A stretch of DNA of 64,000 bases from an uncultured Actinomycetes bacterium (GTDB lineage Bacteria > Actinomycetota > UBA4738 > HRBIN12), in contig CAVROD010000003.1 of NCBI GenBank assembly GCA_963722795.1, positions 1,056 through 65,055 of the forward strand, read 5' to 3'. The notes beneath the pieces are model-generated. The model saw nothing but the letters and a program-made list of their open reading frames with translations. It was not told the DNA's origin and made no database searches. The translations under genes and the position numbers were made by a program. The stretch's first letter is position 1; the number at the start of each line of letters is the position of its first letter. Positions 10,904 through 21,030 of this stretch are shown here, piece by piece.

Positions 10904-11617
10904 TCAGCCGGCCCGGAACTTGCCCCCGGCCGCCTCGACGAGGTCGTCGACCGACGAGCCCCCGAACGTCGTGTGCCCGATCAGTCGGTCGAGCAACGAC
11001 GCGGCCCTGTCGCCTTCGGGCGTGACCGCGACGACGACGTAGAGGCCCGAGGCCGGGATGCCGACCTCATGCACGGGTCCGTACCCCGGCGCGGCGACGA
11101 AGTATGCCCACCGGGTCGCGACTCCTCGCACCAAGCACGTTCCCTCGCCGCGGGCGACGTAGTCGCCATGCATCGATCCGCTCATCGAGAAGTCAGGACG
11201 GCGGTCCACGAAGACACGGGGCGACTCAGCTCTGCAGCGGCGGGAGTGGGTGAGGTTCGACAGCAGCGGGCCCGTGGCGGCGAGGTAGTAGAAGTCCGAG
11301 GGCATGCCCACCAGGGTCGCGTCGACCCAGGTGGCCGACATGCCCGCCACGCCGCCGTCCATCCGCCGCCACCGGTTCGGGTGCGGAGAGGCGAGGAAGC
11401 CGGCCCGGAACCCACCGCTCGCGGCGGGATGGGCCTGCCAGCCATCCGGCACGATCGCCGATACCGGCCCCGCGTGCACCTGTGTGAACGGTGTGGGCGA
11501 TGACAGCATCTCGACCTGGTGGGCGGCCGCCTCAGGGGGTGCGCCCTGCAGGGGTGTGCTGCACCCCGTGCCCGTGAGGGCGATGGTGATTCCCACGACG
11601 ACCCTGCGCACTCGCAC
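10904..11617 (-). CDS. Hypothetical secreted protein or lipoprotein
   Basis: N-terminal signal-like MRVRRVVVGITIALTGTGCS (non-canonical lipobox). No recognisable domain. Lies downstream of the kinase on the same strand. Confidence 0.5.
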   Translation of the reverse strand: MRVRRVVVGITIALTGTGCSTPLQGAPPEAAAHQVEMLSSPTPFTQVHAGPVSAIVPDGWQAHPAASGGFRAGFLASPHPNRWRRMDGGVAGMSATWVDATLVGMPSDFYYLAATGPLLSNLTHSRRCRAESPRVFVDRRPDFSMSGSMHGDYVARGEGTCLVRGVATRWAYFVAAPGYGPVHEVGIPASGLYVVVAVTPEGDRAASLLDRLIGHTTFGGSSVDDLVEAAGGKFRAG

Positions 11618-11680
11618 CCTTGTGCGCGAGGATAGGCCACCGAGGCCGTCTCGGCCATAGCCCGGCCGAGCGGTTCCCGA

Positions 11681-12868
11681 TCAGACGGCGCCCGGGGAGA
11701 CGGTGGCTCGCGCGTGCTCCGGGGGGATGCAGAAGGCGACCCGCGTGCCGCCTCCGGGAAGCGGGTCGGACCACAGCGTGCCGCCGTGGCCGACGACGAG
11801 CTGGCGCGCCAGGTGCAGGCCCACGCCGACGCCGGCCTTCTCCTTGCGCAGCACGGCTTCACCGGTGGAGAAGGGTTCCTCGAAGGATCGCTTCGCCACG
11901 GTGCGATGCAGGCCTTCGCCGCGGTCGGTCACGCTCACGACGACGCCCTCCGACATCGCTCGCGCGCTCACCTCGACGAGCGCGCCCTCGGGGGAGTAGC
12001 GACAGGCGTTCTCCATCAGTTCGATGATCACGCCCTCGAGCCGAGCCTCATCGGCGACGGTGGGCAGGCTCGGGGCGATCGAGGCCTTGATCGCCACCGA
12101 GGGATGCAGCGCCTGCGCCGCGGCGACGGCCCGGCGCACGGTCGAGGCGAGATCTACCTCGGCGAAGGCGAGGTCGAGCGTGCCCCGCTCGAGCTCAGAG
12201 ATGGTGATGATCTCGTCGATGATGCCCATGAGCTTGTCGAGCGAGCCCTGCAGCTGGGTGAGGAACTCGGCGCGCTCGTCCTCGCCGACCGCCGGATTGC
12301 GCAGCACGTAGGCGATGCCCTTCGCGACCGTGACCGGCGTGCGCAGCTCGTGGGAGATGTTCGACAGGAAGTCCGCTTTGGCCGTCGTGCCCTGGGAGAT
12401 GCTGTGGCGCAACTCCTCGAGCTCGGCCGCGATGCGCTCCGATGATGCGAGCGAATCGCCGAGCGATGCCGCGAGGGTGTCGGCGATCCGCGCCGAGAGC
12501 GCGACCGCGCCGGCGGCGGCCGCCGCCACCACGCGCATCACCTCGTCGGGGGAGTCGTCGGTGGCGGCCGCGCCGACGGCGCCGCCCGCCAGCGACGTGC
12601 TGAGCCGGGCGACATCGTCGACCCGCACACGTACCACGATGCGCGACGAGGGCGAGGCCGCCCGCATGCGGCCGAGCAGCTCCGTTCCGGTGAAGCCGTC
12701 CGAGGAGAGGCGGCACAGCACGACGTCGTGACGGGTGCGCGCGGCGGCCTCGAGCGCGCGTAGCGCGTCGGCGGAGACATCGACGATGAGATCGGGGTGA
12801 TCGACCGCCGCCCGTCGCAGCATCGCGATCTCCTCGGCCGTGTCGCAGAGCAGCACGGAACTGACCAT
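11681..12868 (-). CDS. Soluble sensor histidine kinase with N-terminal degenerate receiver-like domain
   Basis: HisKA H-box FLSNISHELRTPV and an HATPase region (ELMENACRYSP, DRGEGL, GVGVGLHLAR). I saw no TM segments. The N-terminal 110 aa are CheY-like, but VVLCRLSSDGFTG has Arg where the phospho-Asp is expected. Confidence 0.85.
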   Translation of the reverse strand: MVSSVLLCDTAEEIAMLRRAAVDHPDLIVDVSADALRALEAAARTRHDVVLCRLSSDGFTGTELLGRMRAASPSSRIVVRVRVDDVARLSTSLAGGAVGAAATDDSPDEVMRVVAAAAAGAVALSARIADTLAASLGDSLASSERIAAELEELRHSISQGTTAKADFLSNISHELRTPVTVAKGIAYVLRNPAVGEDERAEFLTQLQGSLDKLMGIIDEIITISELERGTLDLAFAEVDLASTVRRAVAAAQALHPSVAIKASIAPSLPTVADEARLEGVIIELMENACRYSPEGALVEVSARAMSEGVVVSVTDRGEGLHRTVAKRSFEEPFSTGEAVLRKEKAGVGVGLHLARQLVVGHGGTLWSDPLPGGGTRVAFCIPPEHARATVSPGAV

Positions 12869-12910
12869 GTGCCTTTCCTATCGGCTGGGTGGGGACCCGG
12901 TTGAGAGAGG

Positions 12911-13564
12911 TCAGTGCACGATGCCGGTGCGGATCGCGATGGCGACCGCCTGCGCCCGGTCGTTCGCGCCGAGCTTCTCGAAGATGCGCTCGAGGTGGGT
13001 CTTCACCGTGTGCGGGGAGATGCCGAGCTCCGTGGCCACCTGGCGGGTCGTCGACCCGTCGGCCACCTTCTGCAGGATCTCGCGCTCGCGCTTGGACAAG
13101 GGGGCCGACTTCGGTTGGTCGCCCTCGCCGAGACGAACCTCTTCGATGAACGTCTTCGTGAGTTGCGGATGGATCACCGCGTTGCCCTCGATCGCGTTGC
13201 GGGCAGCGTCGACGAGGGCGTCGGGGGAAGCGTCCTTCAGCAGGTAGCCGGAGACCCCCGCCTGGATCGCCTCGCTGATCGCCCCGCGCGACTCGTCGAT
13301 GGTGATGAGGATGACCTTGGTGGTCGGCGCGGCCTGGCGGATGCGCCGGGTCGCCTCGATGCCGTCCATGCCCGGCATGCGGACATCCATGAAGACGACG
13401 TCGGGGGTGAGCTCGCGGGCGCGCTCGACGGCTTCCTCGCCGGTCGCGGCCTCGCCCACGACCACGACGACCTCGTCGGACAGTTCCAACGCGGTGCGGA
13501 GCCCCTCGCGGGTCACGGGGTGGTCGTCCACGATCAGCGCGCGGATCGGCGACTCGGGCGGCAT
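12911..13564 (-). CDS. NarL/LuxR-family response regulator
   Basis: Receiver domain (ALIVDDHP, DVVFMDVRMPGMDG) plus C-terminal LuxR HTH (SKREREILQKVADGSTTRQVATELGISPHTVKTH). Confidence 0.9.
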   Translation of the reverse strand: MPPESPIRALIVDDHPVTREGLRTALELSDEVVVVVGEAATGEEAVERARELTPDVVFMDVRMPGMDGIEATRRIRQAAPTTKVILITIDESRGAISEAIQAGVSGYLLKDASPDALVDAARNAIEGNAVIHPQLTKTFIEEVRLGEGDQPKSAPLSKREREILQKVADGSTTRQVATELGISPHTVKTHLERIFEKLGANDRAQAVAIAIRTGIVH

Positions 13565-13622
13565 GTCCGGAACACGCTCCTTCGGTCTTCGGGGAAGTCC
13601 GGGTACGCTGTTCAGGATAGGA

Positions 13623-13636
13623 CCTGTCGAGACAGG
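13623..13636. promoter_or_regulatory. Inverted repeat CCTGTC-GA-GACAGG, 8 nt upstream of the DUF59 start
   Basis: Perfect 6-bp arms, preceded by ATAGGAC and flanked by a CAGGAT direct repeat. Lies in the divergent response regulator/DUF59 intergenic region and overlaps the presumed RBS. Confidence 0.3.
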
Positions 13637-13644
13637 ATGCGCGC

Positions 13645-14019
13645 ATGCACGAAGAGATCACCGTTGACCCCGGAAGCGACGCCCTCGAGAGCGTCGAGCC
13701 CGTCGACGTGCCCGCCGGTGACACCCGCGAGGCCGTGCTCGAGGCCCTGAAGAACGTCTACGACCCCGAGCTCGGCCTCAACATCGTCGACCTCGGCCTC
13801 GTCTACGACGTGCAGGTCCACGACGACGGCGGCGTCGACATCCAGTACTCGCTCACCACCATGGGATGTCCGATCGGGCCGATGATCGAGGACCAGATGC
13901 GTTCGTTCCTGCGCGGCGTACCCGGCGTCGACGAGGTGCGGCCGGAGTTCGTGCTGCGTCCGCCGTGGACGCCCGAGATGATGTCCGACGAGGCGAAGGC
14001 CGCCCTCGGCATCTTCTGA
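13645..14019 (+). CDS. DUF59 / SufT-like Fe-S cluster assembly protein
   Basis: EALKNVYDPELGLNIVDLGLVYDV and TTMGCPIGP are typical of the MIP18/DUF59 family. Confidence 0.8.
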   Translation: MHEEITVDPGSDALESVEPVDVPAGDTREAVLEALKNVYDPELGLNIVDLGLVYDVQVHDDGGVDIQYSLTTMGCPIGPMIEDQMRSFLRGVPGVDEVRPEFVLRPPWTPEMMSDEAKAALGIF

Positions 14020-14073
14020 ACGACCGATGCGGGCGGCGTCCGCACGTTTGACGGCCCGCTCGTCGATGCGATA

Positions 14074-14093
14074 GGACTTGCACCTGCAAATCC
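14074..14093. promoter_or_regulatory. Imperfect palindrome GGAcTTGCA-cc-TGCAAaTCC in the long intergenic region upstream of the rhodanese
   Basis: 8 of 9 arm positions pair and the spacer is 2 nt, so it is more likely a protein-binding site than an RNA hairpin. It sits in a locally AT-richer patch and is preceded by ATAGGAC, as at 13617. Confidence 0.3.
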
Positions 14094-14333
14094 GACCGGG
14101 AGCCGTGGATTGATCCGCACCAGGTGCATCGGCAAGGTGGCGGCGATGATCCCGTCGCGATTGTGCTGTCCCGCTCGACCGGCCTCGGAGATGCCGGCGC
14201 TTCGCAGCCACTGACCGCCGCGCCGCGCGCGGCATGGCGCCCGGCCGACGTCCCCAGCGCATCGAACTCACCGGCAGCCGATCGCGGCGGCCGTGATCGT
14301 TCCCCACCGTGGGAAAGGAAGGAGCGGACCGAT

Positions 14334-15183
14334 ATGGCGGACTACGCCAACCCGGACGTGCTGGTCGACACCGACTGGCTCGAGCAGCACCTCGCCGACG
14401 ACACCGTGCGAGTGATCGAGGTCGACGAGGACACCACCGCCTACGACAAGGGGCACATCCCCGGCGCGGTCGAAGTGGAACTGGACGACCGATCTGCACA
14501 CCGAGGTCGGCCGGGACTTCCAGGATCAGGCCGGCTTCTCGCGCCTGCTGTCCGAGGCGGCGGTCGGCGAGGGGTCCACGGTCGTGCTCTACGGCGGCAA
14601 CAACAACTGGTTCGCCGCGTACGCGTACTGGCTGCTGAAGCTCCGTGGCTTCGACGCGGTGAAGCTGTTGAACGGTGGCCGCAAGAAGTGGGAGCTCGAG
14701 AGCCGCGAGCTCACGCAGGATGTGCCGAGCCCCGCCCCGACCGGGTTCACGATCGCCGGCGTCGAACGCCCCGAGATCAGGGCGCTGCGCGACGAGGTCA
14801 TCGGCAAGGTGGGCGGCACCAGCGGCTTCGTGGACGTGCGGTCACCGGAGGAGTATCGCGGCGAGAAGCTCGCCCCCGACCACCTGCCGCAGGAACAGTC
14901 GCAGGTGCCCGGCCACATCGCGGGCGCGGCGAACATCCCCTGGGCCATGGCGGCCAACGACGACGGCACCTTCAAGAGCGCCGACGAGCTGCGTGCGCTC
15001 TACGAGGCCGAGGGCATCACGGCCGACAAGGAGATCATCGCCTACTGCCGCATCGGGGAGCGCTCGAGCCACACCTGGTTCGCGCTGCAAGAGCTGCTCG
15101 GGTACGAGCACGTGAAGAATTACGACGGCTCATGGACCGAGTACGGCTCCCTCGTCGGCGCACCGGTCGAGGTCGGGGGGTAG
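14334..15183 (+). pseudogene. Thiosulfate sulfurtransferase (tandem rhodanese), one frameshift
   Basis: N-terminal part MADYANPDVLVDTDWL..GHIPGAVEV is in the frame of ORF 14124. The rest (WNWTTDL.., YCRIGERSSHTW active-site loop) is in the frame of ORF 14584. One extra base near 14479 (gaac where gac is expected) restores GAVEVDWTTDL. Confidence 0.85.
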
Positions 15184-15210
15184 CGCCCGCCGAGGACGAA
15201 CGGACGCGCC

Positions 15211-15840
15211 CTATCCGTGTTCGGGGGGCCGGGGCCGCAAAGCCCCGGCCTCTGGCACGCCGAGGGCGAGGTTGACGGCGCCGCCGATCGCGAGACCCAG
15301 TCCCCATCCGCCGACCACGTCCAGGGGATTGTGCGCGCCGAGGAAGATGCGAGCGAAGGACACGAGCGCCACGATGATCCAAGGCAACGCCCGCCAGCGG
15401 CCCCGCAGATAGGGGGTCGCGACCCAGGCGAGCCCGGTCGCGAGCACCACGTGCCCGCTCACGAACGAGACGCCCGCGGTCGCCGAGCCGCCGCGCACGA
15501 TCGCGTCGGGCTCGGTCACGCCGGGGCGCTCACGCTCGACGACGGCCCAGACCACCCGTTCGGCGAGGAGCTTGCCCGCGGTGACGAGCAGCGCTGCGAC
15601 CGCGAGCCGGGGGCGGCGGGCCACGAGGGCCATCGCGGCGACGATGGGTCCGATCGCGAGCACGCCGAGGAGCTGCGCGCCGACCATCACAGGCTCGAGG
15701 GTGCCTGGCAGGCCGTTGATCGCCTCGAACACGGCACGTTCGAGCTCGCCGACCCGTCCGGTGGACGCGGGGATGGCGCAGAGCACGAGCGCCGAGAGGC
15801 CGCCGACGACCGCGGCGGTGTCGGCCCGACGTCGGGTCAC
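15211..15840 (-). CDS. PAP2-family membrane phosphatase
   Basis: SFVSGH and FARIFLGAHNPLDVVGG match acid-phosphatase motifs 2 and 3. Multiple hydrophobic helices. Confidence 0.75.
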   Translation of the reverse strand: MTRRRADTAAVVGGLSALVLCAIPASTGRVGELERAVFEAINGLPGTLEPVMVGAQLLGVLAIGPIVAAMALVARRPRLAVAALLVTAGKLLAERVVWAVVERERPGVTEPDAIVRGGSATAGVSFVSGHVVLATGLAWVATPYLRGRWRALPWIIVALVSFARIFLGAHNPLDVVGGWGLGLAIGGAVNLALGVPEAGALRPRPPEHG

Positions 15841-16067
15841 CGTCGCCAGAGGCGCACCGCCACGTCACCTGCCACCAGCACCAAGATCGACCGGACCGCC
15901 CACGAGTCGCCCGTCGTGGCGGCGACGGCTGCGGCTCCTACGGCGATGACGATCGCGAGCACCTTCAACCAGGTCGTGTCGCCGATCTTCGTTCCTTCAA
16001 CCATCCGATACCCCCTGCGTCGTCGGCGCGAAGGGTAGGCGTCGCGGGCGCGCGACGCAAATCCCAC
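15837..16067 (-). CDS. Small hypothetical membrane protein
   Basis: Two hydrophobic stretches (LKVLAIVIAVGAAAVAA, SILVLVAGDVAV). The stop overlaps the PAP2 start. Start uncertain (internal MVEGTK is possible). Confidence 0.35.
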   Translation of the reverse strand: MGFASRARDAYPSRRRRRGYRMVEGTKIGDTTWLKVLAIVIAVGAAAVAATTGDSWAVRSILVLVAGDVAVRLWRR

Positions 16068-16171
16068 CTACGCGATAGACTTTGTGCGTCAGCCGCGGGT
16101 AGATTGAAGACATCCGCGAGCCGCCCGTTCCGGGCGGCGACCCGCCGAGACACGATGAGGAGCTGCCACCG

Positions 16172-17584
16172 ATGGCTGTCAGCCAAGAAGAGCACCTCGA
16201 AGAGCTCGCGAAGGGCTATCGCTTCGATTGGAAGGATCCGTCTCATGCCGTCTTCGAGCCCAAGCGCGGGCTCGACGAGCGCGTGGTCGAGGAGATCTCC
16301 GCGCTCAAGGACGAGCCCGACTGGATGCGGAAGTACCGCCTGAAGAGCCTGCGCTACTTCGACATGCGGCCGATGCCCTGGTGGGGCGCCGACCTGTCGG
16401 AGATCGACTTCCAGAACATCTACTACTTCATCCGCTCGACCGAGAAGCAGGCATCGAACTGGGAAGACCTTCCCGACGACATCCGGGGCACCTGGGACAA
16501 GCTCGGCATCCCCGAGGCCGAACAGAAGTACCTCGGCGGCGTGAGCGCGCAGTACGAGAGCGAGGTCGTGTACCACAAGATCAAGGACGAGCTCGACCAG
16601 TTGGGCGTGATCTTCACCGACATGGACAGTGCCTTGCGCGATCATCCCGACCTGGTGCGCGAGCACTTCGGCACGGTGATCCCCGCCAACGACAACAAGT
16701 TCGCCGCGCTCAACTCGGCCGTGTGGTCGGGCGGCTCGTTCATCTACGTGCCGCCGGGCGTGCAGGTCGACATCCCGCTGCAGGCGTACTTCCGCATCAA
16801 CGCCGAGAACATGGGCCAGTTCGAGCGCACGCTGATCATCGCCGACGAGGGCAGTTACGTGCACTACGTCGAGGGGTGCTCCGCGCCGATCTACACGAGC
16901 GACTCCCTGCATTCGGCCGTCGTCGAGATCAAGGCCAAGAAGGGCGCTCGCGTCCGCTACACGACGATCCAGAACTGGTCGACGAACGTGTACAACCTCG
17001 TCACCAAGCGTGCCATCGCCGAGGAAGACGCCGTCATGGAATGGGTCGACGGCAACATCGGCTCGAAGGTCACGATGAAGTACCCGTCGATCTACCTGAT
17101 GGGCAAGGGCGCGCGCGGCGAGGTGCTCTCCGTGGCCTACGCCGGCAAGGGCATGCACACCGACGCGGGCGGCAAGGCGATCCACGCCGCGCCCTACACG
17201 ACGAGCGTCATCACGTCGAAGTCGGTCTCCAAGGACGGCGGGCGCACCGGGTACCGCGGTCTCGTGCGCGTCGAGCCCGAGGCGCATCACGCGAAGTCGA
17301 CCGTGCGTTGCGACGCGCTGATCCTCGATGACGAGAGCCGCAGCGACACCTATCCCTACATCGAGGTCGAGGAGGAGACGGCCGCCCTCGGCCACGAGGC
17401 CACGGTCTCGAAGGTCGGCGACGACCAGCTCTTCTACCTGATGAGCCGAGGGCTCTCCGAGGTCGAGGCGACCGCGATGATCGTGAACGGGTTCATCGAG
17501 CCGATCACCCGTGAGCTGCCGATGGAGTACGCGGTCGAGCTGAACCGCCTCGTCGAGCTGCAGATGGAAGGCTCGGTCGGCTAG
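16172..17584 (+). CDS. sufB: Fe-S cluster assembly scaffold SufB
   Basis: Full-length SufB-like sequence ([46 protein letters not shown]). TAG stop. Confidence 0.95.
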   Translation: MAVSQEEHLEELAKGYRFDWKDPSHAVFEPKRGLDERVVEEISALKDEPDWMRKYRLKSLRYFDMRPMPWWGADLSEIDFQNIYYFIRSTEKQASNWEDLPDDIRGTWDKLGIPEAEQKYLGGVSAQYESEVVYHKIKDELDQLGVIFTDMDSALRDHPDLVREHFGTVIPANDNKFAALNSAVWSGGSFIYVPPGVQVDIPLQAYFRINAENMGQFERTLIIADEGSYVHYVEGCSAPIYTSDSLHSAVVEIKAKKGARVRYTTIQNWSTNVYNLVTKRAIAEEDAVMEWVDGNIGSKVTMKYPSIYLMGKGARGEVLSVAYAGKGMHTDAGGKAIHAAPYTTSVITSKSVSKDGGRTGYRGLVRVEPEAHHAKSTVRCDALILDDESRSDTYPYIEVEEETAALGHEATVSKVGDDQLFYLMSRGLSEVEATAMIVNGFIEPITRELPMEYAVELNRLVELQMEGSVG

Positions 17585-17591
17585 CGAGCCG

Positions 17592-18551
17592 TCACGACTC
17601 GGCCACGAACAGCACGCTGCCCGCGGCGACCAGCACGAGCGTCGTGCCCATCACCAGCCAGATCGGAAGCCGCACACCACGCGCCTCGAGCCGCCGCGCG
17701 CAACTCCAGGCCGGCCAGAGGAACGTGAAGACGACGAGCGAGCCCAGGATCCACCCCACGGTGAGCTCGACGCCGCTCGGGGTCGAGAACGTGAAGGCAC
17801 TCAACAGCATCACCGCGAGCCAGCCGATCGCACCTCCGACGACCGAGACGATCACCAGCGACCAGACCGACGTGCCCAGCGCGATCATCGCCGCCGCGAC
17901 GGCGCCTGCCACGAGGTGGGTGAGCAGGGTCGTCGGCGCGAACACGTTCGACGTGCCGACGACGGCCAGATGCGTGATCACCATGACGGCGTAGGCGAAG
18001 GGCAGGGCGACGGCGAAGTCCCCGACCCTTCGTACCGTCGGCCGTGGCGGCGGCGACACCGCACGAGGATCGGGTCGCGACATCGACGCCGCTCGCTCGC
18101 GCATGGCCGGCGTGAACCCGATCGCGATGGTGGCCACGCTCGCGAAGCAGATGAACAGGGAACGCGGGAGCGAGAAGGGGGTCCCGTGGGCGGTCGACCA
18201 GACCGATTCCGTGACCGCGCTCATCACCGGAGCGACCGCGATGAGGAAGCCGAGGCGGGCCCGCGAGAACGGAGGGAACCGTTGGTTCCACCAGACGTCG
18301 ACGCGGTGCCTGCTCCGACCGGGCGGGGGAAGCTCGGGCGGCACGGTCGGCCCAGCCGCCCAGGGCGGGGTCAGGGGCCCCTGCCAGCCGTTCGTCATGG
18401 GGTCCCAACACAGCCAGGCGCCGTCGCCTCGCCGGCCCCACCACCGGCCCGAGTGCTCTCGTCGCTCGACGATGCGCATGCCACGAGATGTCGGTACTCG
18501 GGGACGCTCGCTGGAGCGTCGGTTGGGCGAATCCGACCTCACAGGTAGCAT
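17592..18551 (-). CDS. Hypothetical polytopic membrane protein encoded antisense between sufB and sufD
   Basis: G/C at almost every third codon position in the stretch I checked (17592-17640). Trp-rich soluble N-terminus, then about 6 hydrophobic helices. The start may be the internal MRIVERRE at 18479. Confidence 0.6.
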   Translation of the reverse strand: MLPVRSDSPNRRSSERPRVPTSRGMRIVERREHSGRWWGRRGDGAWLCWDPMTNGWQGPLTPPWAAGPTVPPELPPPGRSRHRVDVWWNQRFPPFSRARLGFLIAVAPVMSAVTESVWSTAHGTPFSLPRSLFICFASVATIAIGFTPAMRERAASMSRPDPRAVSPPPRPTVRRVGDFAVALPFAYAVMVITHLAVVGTSNVFAPTTLLTHLVAGAVAAAMIALGTSVWSLVIVSVVGGAIGWLAVMLLSAFTFSTPSGVELTVGWILGSLVVFTFLWPAWSCARRLEARGVRLPIWLVMGTTLVLVAAGSVLFVAES

Positions 18552-18557
18552 TCATAT

Positions 18558-19883
18558 GTGACCGACCACGCCGCCGCCGAACCCAGGGCCGACACCACGT
18601 TCGACGAACGAGCCCTCGCCGGCCTGCCTGAGGTTGCCGGGTTCACCGGCGACCTGCGCCGTCGCGCCCTGAGCGAATTCGAGTCCCTGCCGACCCCGTC
18701 CCATGAAACCGAGGAATGGCGCTACACCGACCTCTCGGAGCTGCAGCTCAGCTTCTCGCCGTACACGCCGGGCGGCGGGCCTGAGGCGGTCAACACCCCC
18801 GGGCTGCTCCAGGCGGCCGGAGCCGGAGAGCGTGCCGGACTGATGATCCAGCGCAACTCCGAGGTGATCTCCACGCAGCCTGCGGATGGCCTCGCCGCCA
18901 AGGGCGTGATCTTCACCGACCTCGACACCGCCGCGGCCGAGCACCCAGACCTCGTGGAGCGCTACCTGCACGACCTCGTGCCGACGAAGCGCACCCGGTT
19001 CACGGCGCTGCACGCCGCGTTCCGCACGGGTGGCACGTTCCTGTACGTGCCGCGCGATACGCAGATCGGCTTGCCCTTGCAGACGCTCACCTACGTCGAT
19101 GTCGACGGTGCCGCGGTGTTCCCGCACACCCTCATCGTCGCGGAAGCGGGGGCCGAGGTGACGTTCATCGAGCGGTACGCCTCGCCCGACCTCACCCGCG
19201 CGTTCAGCGATGCGGTCACCGAGATCCACGTCGGCGACGGAGCGCACGTTCGCTACGCCGCCATCCAGGACTGGGGGGCCGGCATGACGCACCTCGCCGT
19301 GCAGCGCGCTCGTACAGGCCGCGACGCCGAAGTGCGCACCTTGAGCTTGGGCTTCGGCGCCGACCTCGCCCGCACCGAGACCGAGGTGGAGCTGGCCGAG
19401 CCCGGCGGGTTCAGCGAGCAGCTCGGCGTGTTCTTCGCCGACGGCGAGCAGCACTTCGACCACCGCTCGACCCAGGAACACGTGGCCCCGAACTGCTCGA
19501 GCGACCTGCTGTACAAGGGCGCGCTGCGCGACCACAGCCGGGCCGTGTACTCCGGATGGGTCTACGTTCGCCCCGGCGCGCAGAAGACCGACGCGATGCA
19601 GACGAGCCGCAACATCGTGTTGAGCGAGCACGCGAAAGCCGACGCGATCCCGAACCTCGAGATCGAGGCGAACGACGTGAAGTGCGGGCATGCGGCGAGC
19701 GTCGGCCCGGTCGACGACGACGCCCTCTTCTACTTGGAGTCCAGGGGCATCGCGCACGACGAGGCCGAGCGCCTCATCGTGACCGGGTTCTTCCAGGAGG
19801 TCCTCGACCGGGTGCGCATCGACGAGGTGCGCGAAGGGGCCGAGGATGCGATCGCCCACGAGCTCGAGCGTGGCATCCGATGA
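18558..19883 (+). CDS. sufD: Fe-S cluster assembly protein SufD
   Basis: GTG start at 18558. SufBD-fold C-terminus (SRNIVLSEHAKADAIPNLEIEANDVKCGHAASVGPVD, LFYLESRGI). Confidence 0.9.
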   Translation: MTDHAAAEPRADTTFDERALAGLPEVAGFTGDLRRRALSEFESLPTPSHETEEWRYTDLSELQLSFSPYTPGGGPEAVNTPGLLQAAGAGERAGLMIQRNSEVISTQPADGLAAKGVIFTDLDTAAAEHPDLVERYLHDLVPTKRTRFTALHAAFRTGGTFLYVPRDTQIGLPLQTLTYVDVDGAAVFPHTLIVAEAGAEVTFIERYASPDLTRAFSDAVTEIHVGDGAHVRYAAIQDWGAGMTHLAVQRARTGRDAEVRTLSLGFGADLARTETEVELAEPGGFSEQLGVFFADGEQHFDHRSTQEHVAPNCSSDLLYKGALRDHSRAVYSGWVYVRPGAQKTDAMQTSRNIVLSEHAKADAIPNLEIEANDVKCGHAASVGPVDDDALFYLESRGIAHDEAERLIVTGFFQEVLDRVRIDEVREGAEDAIAHELERGIR

Positions 19884-20197
19884 GCGGCGCGGTGCGGGTG
19901 TGCGAGACCAAGGACGTGCCGCCCGGCGAGGCGCGCCGGTTCGACCTCGACGGCCGGGAGGTCGCCGTCGTGAACCTGGGCGAGGCGGGGTTCCGGGCGC
20001 TCGATGCGATCTGCAGCCACGCGCACTACTACCTGGACGAGGGCGAGGTCGACATCGATCTCGAGACCATCGAGTGCCCGAAGCACGGCTCGACCTTCGA
20101 CCTCAACACGGGCAACCCCAAGACGCTGCCCGCCACCCAGCCGGTCGACACCTTCGCGGTGACGATCGACGGCGACGACGTGACGATCGAGGTGTGA
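19880..20197 (+). CDS. Rieske [2Fe-2S] ferredoxin-like protein embedded in the suf operon
   Basis: ATG 19880 overlaps the sufD stop (ATGA). Ligand motifs CSHAHYYL and CPKHGSTF. Confidence 0.85.
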   Translation: MSGAVRVCETKDVPPGEARRFDLDGREVAVVNLGEAGFRALDAICSHAHYYLDEGEVDIDLETIECPKHGSTFDLNTGNPKTLPATQPVDTFAVTIDGDDVTIEV

Positions 20198-20201
20198 ACT
20201 G

Positions 20202-21008
20202 ATGATGAGCGACCAGACCAACGGCAGCCACCGCCCCGCGACCCTCGAGGTGCGGGGACTGCACGCGACCGTCGAGGGCAAGCAGATCCTCAACGGCATC
20301 GACATCGTGGTGCGCCAGGGCGAGACGCATGCCCTCATGGGCCCCAACGGCTCGGGCAAGTCCACGCTCAGCAACGTGATCATGGGGCGGCCCGGCTACG
20401 TGATCACCGAGGGCAGCGTGATCTTCAACGGCGAGGACATCACCGCGCTCACGCCTGATGAGCGGGCCAAGCGCGGGCTGTTCCTCGCGATGCAGTACCC
20501 GACGGAGGTGCCCGGGGTGTCGGTCGTGAACTTCCTGCGCACGGCGTACCAGGCGGTCAAGGGCGAGCAGGTGAGCGCGCTGGCCTTCCGCAAGCACATG
20601 AAGGAACAGATGGACCGCTTGAGCATCGACGACGCCATGGTGAACCGGTACGTGAACCAGGGGTTCTCCGGCGGGGAGAAGAAGCGCAACGAGGTGTTGC
20701 AGCTCGCCGTGCTGCAGCCCCAGATCGCGATCCTCGACGAGACCGACTCCGGCCTCGACATCGACTCGCTGAAGCTCGTGGCCGAGGGCGTGAACGAGCT
20801 GGTCGGGCCCGATCTCGGTGTGCTGTTGATCACGCACTACCAGCGCATGCTGAACTACATCACGCCCGACCGGGTCCACGTCATGATGCGAGGGCGTATC
20901 GTGCAGTCCGGCGGGCCCGAACTCGCCCATGAGCTCGAGGCCAAGGGCTACGAGGGCATCCGCACCGAACTCGGGCTCGACGCCGAGGCCGCGGTCGAGG
21001 TGGGGTAG
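20202..21008 (+). CDS. sufC: Fe-S cluster assembly ATPase SufC
   Basis: Walker A GPNGSGKST, ABC signature FSGGEKKR, Walker B ILDETDSGLD. TAG stop. Confidence 0.95.
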   Translation: MMSDQTNGSHRPATLEVRGLHATVEGKQILNGIDIVVRQGETHALMGPNGSGKSTLSNVIMGRPGYVITEGSVIFNGEDITALTPDERAKRGLFLAMQYPTEVPGVSVVNFLRTAYQAVKGEQVSALAFRKHMKEQMDRLSIDDAMVNRYVNQGFSGGEKKRNEVLQLAVLQPQIAILDETDSGLDIDSLKLVAEGVNELVGPDLGVLLITHYQRMLNYITPDRVHVMMRGRIVQSGGPELAHELEAKGYEGIRTELGLDAEAAVEVG

Positions 21009-21030
21009 CGGCGCCCCGGGGAGCAGTGCG

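Noticed and set aside
15965-19859. Minus-strand ORFs 15965..17395 (476 aa) and 18552..19859 (435 aa)
   Set aside because: They are antisense to sufB and sufD, which are unambiguous. Shadow ORFs.
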